Assembly (NCBI GenBank): GCA_030704615.1
Contig: CM060733.1
Coordinates: 46,004,001 to 46,068,000 of the forward strand
DNA length: 64,000 bases
From: Takakia lepidozioides
Taxonomy: Eukaryota > Plantae > Bryophyta
Reading direction: 5' to 3'
This document shows, one piece after another, positions 55,330 to 64,000 of this stretch. Under the pieces are notes generated by a model. That model saw nothing but the letters and a program-made list of their open reading frames with translations, made no database searches and had not been told where the DNA came from. Each line of letters starts with the position of its first letter. The first letter of the stretch is position 1. The translations under genes were made by a program, and so were the position numbers.

Positions 55330-57100
55330 ATGACTCGTGCGTTCTTCATAGAGATTGTCAACAAGGTGCATACTTACAAAATGTGCTATTTAAACATGCA
55401 TAGTGACCAACTAAATATGCACAATAATAAGCTATCTTGTTGTAACCTCTTTAAAACTTAATTAACATATGCGTATGTTCTTGACATTATTAACACACTT
55501 ATCAAGTAACTTAGAAAACCTCTAGTAACGCCTGCACATACTGCCCCACTAGATATGCCCAATAATAGATTAGTAGATTTTTCTTAATATGATATTTGAT
55601 TACTTAATATACCTGAGTGTGTTTTGATAGACATTGTAAACACCCCTAACAACCTAACCCACGCACAATGACCACCTAAATATACCCAATAATAAACTAG
55701 TAGATTTTTGTTGTTCATATAATTAATTTAGTTAATATACCTAAGTATATTTTTGTGAGCATATTCTTGACAAACATTGTCAACACACACTTAGAAACCT
55801 AATCCACCTGAATTTGTCTAATAATGAGCCAATAAAGTTTTGTCGTTCATGTAACGAATTAGTTAATACACCTGAGCACGATGTGTGTTTTGATAGACAT
55901 TGTCAACACATACTTAACAACCTAACCGTGCACACAGTGACCACCTAGTTTATATGCCCAATAATAAGCTAGTAGAATCACATTGTTCGCACAATTGATT
56001 AGTTAATATACCAAACTCGTGTCTTCTTGACAAACATTGTCAACACACATGTAGCAACCTGATCCACCAAAAATTGCCTGATAATAATCTAATAAATTAT
56101 TGTTGTTCCTGTACTCTTGACTTAGTTAATACACCTTAGCATTGTGTTTTTAACATACTTTGTCTACACACTCTTAATGCAGCCTAACCTACATACATAC
56201 CACCTAATTTATATGTCCACCAATAAGTTAGTAAAGTCTTGTTGTTCATGCAATTGATTAGTTAATACACTTAAGTCACTCGTGTGTTTTTAATAGAGAC
56301 TAGGGTAGCCTGTGCCGTTGGCCCTTTTGTCCAATGTCATTTTTAAGTCCAAATGCATCAATATATGAAGCAAGCCAATATCTCATCATTTTTTTTTCCC
56401 CCACAGAGTCTACGACCAGATTTGAACCGGAGACCTTTCCCTTGACATCTCTCCCGTCCAGGCTTAACCATTGTCCATGAATGCCCACTTTGCCATTTTG
56501 CTATTTTTTGTGAATTTCCAGCGACCAAAAGTACTTGAAATTCCACATCTAGATCCCACACCGCCGGTCCAAAAATCATGAGACCAAGCTTGTGCACCCC
56601 TCCTCGTCGAGGGCTTTCCAACGGTACCAAGCACCAGGGCTGGGGCCTTGCGGTTTTGGGACATCTCAACATGACAAAACAAACAAACCAAAACAAACGT
56701 CTCGATTCATATGTTGATTGTCAACACACACCTACCAACCTAACCCACCTAATTTTATCTAATAATAGGCTAATAAATTCTTATTATGCCTATAATAAAT
56801 TAGTCAATATACCAGAGCATTGTGTTCTTGATATACATTGTCAACAGACACTTAATACAACCTAACTTGCACAGTCACCACCTAATTTAGATGCCCAATA
56901 ATAAGTTAGCAGATTATTATTTTTCATGCAATTGAATAGTTAATACACCTAAGTCACTTGTGTGTTCTTGATGGACATTGTCAACACACACTTACCAACC
57001 CAAACCACCTAAATTTCCCTAATAATAAGCTAATAAATTACTAAAACCTTGTTGTTCATATAATGAATTATTAATACACCTGCGCATTGTGTTCTTGAGA
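55330..57100. repeat. AT-rich tandem array of alternating ~120/~140-bp units
   Basis: Recurrent acattgtcaacacacac...ccacctaa...aataataa...tagttaatacacct...gtgttcttga. Confidence 0.85.
56300..56717 (-). mobile_element. Non-autonomous Helitron
   Basis: The minus strand reads A|TC...GGGCCAACGGCACAGGCTACC-CTAG|T, with no TSD. Removing it restores the satellite unit tagaga|ttgtcaacac. Confidence 0.8.
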
Positions 57101-57639
57101 GAAGAACACAATGGTTTTTTGGCTCTTCGACTCTTTGGCTATACCGAGACACGTGGTCAAATATGAGAGGGGCAAAAATCCATTTCTTTTGCTCTTCCAC
57201 CTTTACCATTCTTATCCTAACACAATAAAAAAAACCTTGAGCACAAACACCCACTACCCCAATATCCGCAAGGTGTCACTCTATTAGTGGCCATTGAACC
57301 CAAACAACTCCGACACGCACACAATTTACCCTTCCCAACATATCTACGCCACAAAGAATCTACCCTCACAACTATCTTACTCATCCACAATGCCTCTTAT
57401 ACCCATGTACCTCCAGACTTCCTCGACAACCCCAACCTCCTCCTAACCGGCACGCATGGTATGACGCTCACATCCTTTCCCCCCCACCCTATAGACCAGA
57501 ACTATACAAAAACTAGACTCCGACGCCTCCCCGTCCTCTCCGCAGACTCTTGATGCCACCCTTGTCACTGCAGAAATATAGCCTAATGAATACAACACGT
57601 TCCAGAGATGTAATGCTCTAGTCGGTGCCGACTATGACA

Positions 57640-60301
57640 CTAGGTTCGCTCACGTGAGCGGCATCACAGAAGTGCATATACAGTGTTTGGAGAAACCAAA
57701 GACTTACATTGCGAACATATGCTCCCAATTGGTAGTATCGGTATGTCCACCACGACAGCCAGCTTTCCAGCGCAGGAACGTCATCGTCTCACACGGCACC
57801 GGAGGAGGACCAGGCACGGATCGCCGATTTCATTTCACAGATTGCGATTGTCATAATCTTTCGGTAATTCGGATGGTACACGTGACACGCCATTGTGCTC
57901 CAGCCGTGTATTCGTTTGACGTTGTCAAACATAATCCAACTCGACCCCAGCTCACCACCGACCCGCATCATGTCCACCAAATAGACTCCACAGCCTTTAC
58001 CAACAGTTGATATCTTGAAGACAAAGCATCTCTCGTCCACACTCCCTTGACCTGGAAAACGGCTCCCCTGGATATAGTTGTACCCACTCCAACTTTTCAT
58101 TGTCATTAACGCTTCCACATCGCTCCCAATCCCCATTGCCACTTTTGTCTTCTGTGTCTTGTAACGAACACCACATCTGCTCATTGCACCCACTTCTTCC
58201 ATGAGCTCCTCGAATTGCTCATAAGATAGCTTCCAACTCTCTGTTGCACCAAGAGATAACACTTTCTCCATGAGGGGTTTGCTAATCTATCAGCTATCAG
58301 CCATCAGTCATCAGCCATCAGTGTGACGTGGATGCGCAAACGGCGGCCACATGGCAATATAATATTTTTTCTCGGGCTGCCCGTAATTGTATGCTTGGAT
58401 TTGAGAGAAACAATAATGAAAAATGACACGGGATCGTATTGACATGCCACCTTTGGCTGCCAAAGGTGGAGACCGAGCGGGAGAACATAAAGGTAAAAAC
58501 GAAATAAATGGATGTCAAAAAATAAAAAAATAAAAAAATAAAAACCAACATTGTACCGACATGCACCTTTGGCTGCCGAAGGTGGAGGCTGAGCGGGAGA
58601 ACATAAAGGTAAAAACGAAATAAATGGATGTTGGGGGGGAAAAAAAAAAAAAAAAAAAAACAACAACATGAGATATGGACTTCTAACGTGGAAGAATTCT
58701 GCATGTTTTTTAGCCGTTTCAATCTCTAGCTTGGATTATCGTATACTACGGAAATGTCCAATGATGCTGGTGAAAAATATATATATTTGTTGGACCTAAG
58801 TTGAATGAAGGTAGCTCTTCTGTCCTTGTATAAGGTACTTTTTGCTTTTTGGAATGTGATATTTTATTCAATTTCAAACTCTAAAATTTATTTTTCTTTC
58901 GGGCAGGTTTGTCGGGCAGATTGAAATGTTCTTGTTCACCTTCGTTGACCTTCGTCACTGATGGAATTGCGTTGGTAACTGACAGAATATGAGCTCTCTC
59001 TCCATGACGATAGATTCAGCAACAGATAGCTGAACTGATTTGGGCCTGGTTGAGGGTGACCTTTGGATCTCTTCTGCAATTGCATTTTTTGCCTTTGCTG
59101 TTGCTTCCCGACACAGCCCAGGTGCAGAGGGGTGTGAGTGGTTCCCAACATGGACGGCTGCTCTTGTCATTGTTGGTGGACCAAGGACACATAAAACATT
59201 GTCACGGGGCAAATGTGCATGCACGTGGGTGCATGATTGCACACTGTGCATACAAAGGTGTTTGGTGGAACTTGGCTCTGTGGCTTGAAGTGAACCTCGG
59301 AGTGCCCCAACCAGTGCATCTCATTGTGCTCTCCCTCCCTGACGAAGAATGGGCACGTTCCCCAGACGCACCTCAACGCTCCAACATAGTAAACATATTT
59401 GTCGTATAAAAGTTGGTTAGTACTCGACTACGATCGTGGCACTACGTGGACTAACAATGTAAGTCTGCACCGACTACAACAACTTGTAGGGCAATGTCCA
59501 CTACTGGAAATGGAAACATCACCTCACAACGCCGCCTTTTGAACCAATGAGCGGGAGCTTTATGTTGGTTGTTTTTGTGACCGTCCATGGATTCCCGTCG
59601 TACTTGCGGTCCATGCCCTCAAGCTGCCCTGCTGGAGATGTGTTCAATGTGGGCAGCAGCTCATACAAAACATCACCGTCGATGATACTCGACAAGCATT
59701 TCACCTTCCTCGCTTCTATATTTTCAAAATTGATCCTTCCAAGCTGCGATTTGGAGTCTAGGTGCAGAAGCTTCAACACATCCAGTATAGATTGAGCGGG
59801 CTATGTGAATTTAGTGTTGTTGCCCATAAACTCCCCTCGGCGCAATTTTTGTGGAGGTGAAGCAGATTTGCCCATAATGCTCTCCCGCCTCCCACTACTG
59901 GATCGAATAACCACACATTCTTCACTGTCGCCACTAGAAAGCTCAATGCTCTCAGTTTTCACCACATTAGCACCACGGACGGAAGCCAAAGTAGGATGCT
60001 CACGAGTGGTCGACAGCCTGTCTGTCATAGCACGGACACCAAATATTTTGTATACGACCTTACCTGTAAATGGCAGAACCCATGACTTGTTCTCGACGTC
60101 TCGAACTGGATCCAAGATGCGGGTTTCGGTGACGCCCTCTTCACTCATGTCCTCCTCCTCAACAACAAGAGAGAGAGGGTCCAGATTAAACCTTTCAAGT
60201 ATTACTTTGTCAAGCAGAAACATCTGGCCTCCCTGTGCCTTAACCTTCACAAGATCAGAGGACGGTGGACAATCACAGCTTATCACATCACAGCACGACA
60301 T
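57640..60301 (-). pseudogene. Second GCM-like Mutator transposase (element 3), decayed
   Basis: Homologous to 37327-40919 (DRKYDGNPWTVTKTT, HVGNHSH, YIQGSRFPGQG...CFVFKIST, WIMFDNVKR, WLSWW). It has an internal deletion of the second Asp/CxxH region, insertions, and the same intron position after YVRN. Confidence 0.85.
58274..58998. mobile_element. Non-autonomous Mutator-like insertion with 9-bp TSD
   Basis: TCTCCATGA is duplicated at 58265-58273 and 58999-59007, with weak TIRs and an internal ~70-bp direct repeat. Removing it restores SIVMEKVLS. Confidence 0.8.
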
Positions 60302-60539
60302 GGCTTTACACAGCACGACACAGTTTCACACAGCCAGTCACAACCCGACACAGTCCGACACAGCCAGTCACAGCTCGGCACAGTCACAGCCCGACACAGC
60401 TTGGCACAGTCCGTCACAACGTACATAGGGTACGGTTATCATTGGCAGGGAACGACTGTGTGGGAACGACATCTTGCAGAGGGAACGTGCTTTCTTCTTG
60501 GACAAGGATGCCTCGGCGTGAGCCTGGTCGCGTGAGCGC

Positions 60540-61849
60540 AAGGCCGGTAATCACCGCATATACGTCTCTCCGTCCAATTGCCATAGACATCCTTCTTGGC
60601 TGGCATCACTGTGGCTGAAGCATACTCTCCACCAGAGAGCTCTACCAAACCAGCCTCACAGAGATCTTGAGTCCTCATATGAATCAAAGACCTCTCCATG
60701 TCACTGTATCTATAGGGTCTCCAAAAGATTGGCGTGTCAGTGGCCAACTCAATACAAATCTCTTGACCCTTCAGTGCTCCCAAGTCCTTCAAACTGAAGG
60801 CAAAGCAATTCCTGTAAGCCCTCAGGAACCGCCGTATATGACGTCTCTCTCCTCCGGTGACAATGGGTCCAATGTCAGGCTCCCAATTGTCCTCCGTAAT
60901 TGCAACATTAAGTCCAGTGGGCTTAGAGGTAGAGGATGCGTCTAGTGGTTGCTATACTGCAACCTCTTGAGTAGTGTTCCCTACCTGCTCGGTCAATGAC
61001 AAGGCCTCATCCTGCCCCATCATCTCATCCTCGAGGACTTCCTCAACCCGAGAAAAATCCCCAACCTCATCCATCACCGCCACCTTGGCTGCCAACTCCC
61101 TCGAGCACCTCCCACGTGTGCCATGGATGCATGCACCCCGTGGTCCTCACATGTTTGCCCCCACTCACTGCCTATACCGTCTCGGTAGGCAGAGAGACCA
61201 TCGAGGGAAGTGTTCTCCACACTCTGCATTGCTCAGCCATAGCCAAGCTGATAATCCACATCAAGCAATTGAGATCCATTGCTTGCTCCAACACCTAACG
61301 ACGTGATGCCTCAGAAAGAGACGGCACCGCCGTGGTACCAGTGGTAAAATCCATCGCCCGCTCACGCTCGTCAGCATTAGGCTCCACTAACTGCTGCAAC
61401 TAAGCATCCCACAGGAGGCCAGGTCCACTATCCCAAAAAGCATGCGATCCTGGGAAGCTGAGCAGTGTAGATAATGTTGCTCGTGGTTGACCCACATTGT
61501 TGACCACTACCAAAGGCGAACGGTCATCGTGTCTCACACGCTGAGACTGTCTCCCTGTGTCCAGAATGCTATCCACTACGAGGTATGCTGGCCGTTGCAC
61601 CCCATCAAATGCACACTTGAGCAGTGCGGGTGACATCAAGTTAGTCCATCATAACCATGGACGATGAGCCCGTGACCCCACTGCAGCTGCATCCAGCAAC
61701 ACTGCTGACCCAAGCCACGACCGGACTTGATGCACACTGGCCATCACCCTGGCCATCACCCTGGCCCGAAAATCGCCCATCAATGGCACATTCTCCAAGA
61801 TGTATGCTAGAGATACAACTTGATGAAGCTGCAAGTGGCGCAAAACCCG
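60540..61849 (-). mobile_element. Decayed Ty3/gypsy internal region ending in the N-terminal part of RT
   Basis: LKDLGALKGQEICIEL...PYRYS..E...YASATVMPAKKD...RRICGDYRP, truncated at DYRP. Confidence 0.8.
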
Positions 61850-62037
61850 TGTCGTGCGCATACATATCGCTACACAACTACATCGTTGTCCAAAACCACA
61901 CAACACATGTGCACACCACACACTAGTATACCACTAGTCCACCACTAGTCCAACCACTAGTCCAACCACTAGGCTACAACTAGTCAGTCACTAGGCTACC
62001 ACTATTTTGCCCACTATGGCAGTCACTAGTCCACACA
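61850..62037 (-). mobile_element. LTR (family B), copy 1
   Basis: TG...CA segment of about 188 bp that is a direct repeat of 62358-62534 and rich in ccactag repeats. Confidence 0.75.
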
Positions 62038-62038
62038 A

Positions 62039-62355
62039 TGATAAAGAAGAAGAATACAAGCACGAGCTTACAAATCTGAAGCATAAACTCATGCATATAT
62101 AACCTCATCACTCAAATACAAGTCAAGCCAAGTGCACCCCACGCCATGGGGAATCCACACTACGGCGCCATAGCTAGGCGCGGTGAGGCTCAACTCGAGA
62201 AAGATGAGCCTTCCGCGCTTGCCGTGAAAATAACCACTCCAAGGCCTAAATCTGCCTTGACCCCTGGATTGACACTTGGGCCAATCCCAAATGTCAATAT
62301 GTAAAAGCTAGCTATTTCCTAGCTAGTTTCACACTAGTGGTAAAATAACTTGACA
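62039..62355. mobile_element. Solo LTR (family A) without TSD
   Basis: TGATAAAG...TTGACA, nearly identical to 16110-16411. Confidence 0.8.
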
Positions 62356-62357
62356 GC

Positions 62358-62534
62358 TGTCGTGCGCATACATATCGCTACACAACTACATCGCTGTCCA
62401 AAACCACACAACACATGTGCACACCACACACTAGTATACCACTAGTCCAGCCACTAGTCCAACCACTAGGCTACAACTAGTCAGTCACTAGGCTGCCACT
62501 ATGCTGCCCACTATGGCAGTCACTAGTCCACACA
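62358..62534 (-). mobile_element. LTR (family B), 3' LTR of the integrase-bearing element
   Basis: On the minus strand it is preceded by a PPT-like CTGGGGGGCGA downstream of the integrase. Confidence 0.75.
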
Positions 62535-62793
62535 ATCGCCCCCCAGCTGGTGCTTAGGTCCCTCTAAGTCCAGGTAGCCACAAGATGTGATAGTGACCAT
62601 AGCCTCACTAAGTCCTCCACCACTATCCCTACTACACTCAAACTCGATAGATCAAGAGGCCGAGTGCAAGAGTTGCCCCATCGTTAGTCGCCGTCTTGCA
62701 ACCTGTGAACTTGAGCTTGGGATCTCATGTATTGACTCCTATGAGCTTGGCCTCCCATGTCTTGTTAGCTGCCTCCAGTCATGTCCACTGCCA

Positions 62794-64000
62794 CTATCCC
62801 AAGCAGTGTGGACACAACCAATCTCCATCAGGAACCTTCTCAAGAGGTGGTGTCAAGCATCCATATGCCAACCCCTTGAGCATCGATCACACACCAGCAT
62901 GGTGGCTGCCCCTTTGGCAGACCCACAGAGCATGCACCTCAAACCTGCAGGTACCACTGCCAAGTTTGGGTCAACTCTGCCATCGACATTGGGAAGGTGA
63001 CATGGCGCACAATTACGCACATGGTCCTTCCAAGTCATGCCATCCCGACCCTCTAAGATCAGGACCCCTGAGGGCAACACCTCTCGAACCCTCAGAATAA
63101 CACGCCCTGCAGTAACATCCAGAGTCGTAGGAGCAGTCTGCTGCAAATAAACATAGTCACCAGGGCTAAACCTCCGAACCCCAGGACAATATCCTCCTCC
63201 ACGTATAGTGGCATACCTCAACGTATCACGGTGCTGTGCAATGGCAAGGTTCTCAAAAGCCATGGGCATGACTTTCTTGAACAACTCTGCACGCTTATCA
63301 CATGCACATACCCACACGTCCGGATCGTCAAGGTTAAGGACTTGAGCAGTGTCCCTACGAATGGTTGCAGGCAAATCCGGCTCTTGGCCAAAGAGAAAGA
63401 AATATGGTGAGAGAAGGAGGCAAGTGATGCTTGTTTGCTGAACCTGTGGCCCATGGCTAACCAAGGAACCTGAAGATCCCAATCTCCTAGGTGTCCCTTC
63501 TGCAAGCCATACTTGCGCAAACCCCTCTTCACCGTCTGAACAACTCTCTCTGCTAAGCCATCGGCCTCAGGATGATCCCGAGAAGTGGTGCGGTGGTCTA
63601 TCAAGGCTTTATCACACAAAGCCTGAAACTCCCCCAAGAACTCTCTCCCTTGGTCCGTGAATACCTCAGCTGGAGCACCAAATCGGCTAAGCACACGATC
63701 CAAGAATGCATACGCAGCCCCCCTCACTAGCCTTATCAGGCAATGGAACAACTCAATCCACTTGGAGAAGTGCTCCACCATCACCAAACACATATCTGTG
63801 GTGGCGCATAGTCAGTGGCAACGGTCCTGCGAAGTCAAGACTCCACCTGTAGCCCAATCCCATGATTGGTAAATGATGCAACTGTGGAGTAGGGGCGTTG
63901 AATGAAGCAAGCACCTGTCACACACCATGCACCTAGCCACGAACTGTTGCACCTCTGTATGCATACCACGCCACCAATACTGCCCTTGCAGTAAACTGTG
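62794..64000 (-). mobile_element. Ty3/gypsy integrase with C-terminal PHD finger (frameshifted)
   Basis: HHCC end (QYWWRG...C..C), VMVEHFSKW, TDQGREF, HPEADGLAER, then CMLC...CDRC..GWHM / CLTPPLEKVPDGDWLCPHC. Confidence 0.88.

Overview
Eukaryotic nuclear DNA from a land plant. It is probably a non-seed plant such as a bryophyte; this is inferred from gene sequences and transposon families, not proven. The left half (1-32 kb) is gene-rich. It holds the 3' end of a SET1/ATXR7-type H3K4 methyltransferase, shuffled Argonaute N-domain fragments, a complete PRP16/DHX38 splicing helicase, a small two-exon conserved gene and an organellar glutamyl-tRNA synthetase, with LINE pieces in introns. A 5.47-kb Mutator-like element bounded by a 9-bp TSD lies between PRP16 and the small gene. 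The right half (32-64 kb) is a nested transposon cluster. It contains a 1.43-kb tandem duplication, a nearly intact GCM-like/DDE/SWIM Mutator-like transposase with a convergent accessory gene and palindromic repeat arrays, and a CACTA Tnp2 relic. It also contains a sterol C5-desaturase fragment, Ty3/gypsy relics (one with a PHD-finger integrase), solo LTRs, an S-protein-homologue-like pseudogene carrying a piggyBac-like MITE, and a satellite array interrupted by a non-autonomous Helitron. The best candidate for an undescribed system is a set of non-TIR Mutator-like elements. Two share a terminus yet carry different transposases, each of the three has its own tandem motif array, and one has an accessory gene, recalling the Arabidopsis VANDAL/VANC anti-silencing architecture. 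No rRNA, tRNA or CRISPR was found. All calls are from manual reading; no searches were run.
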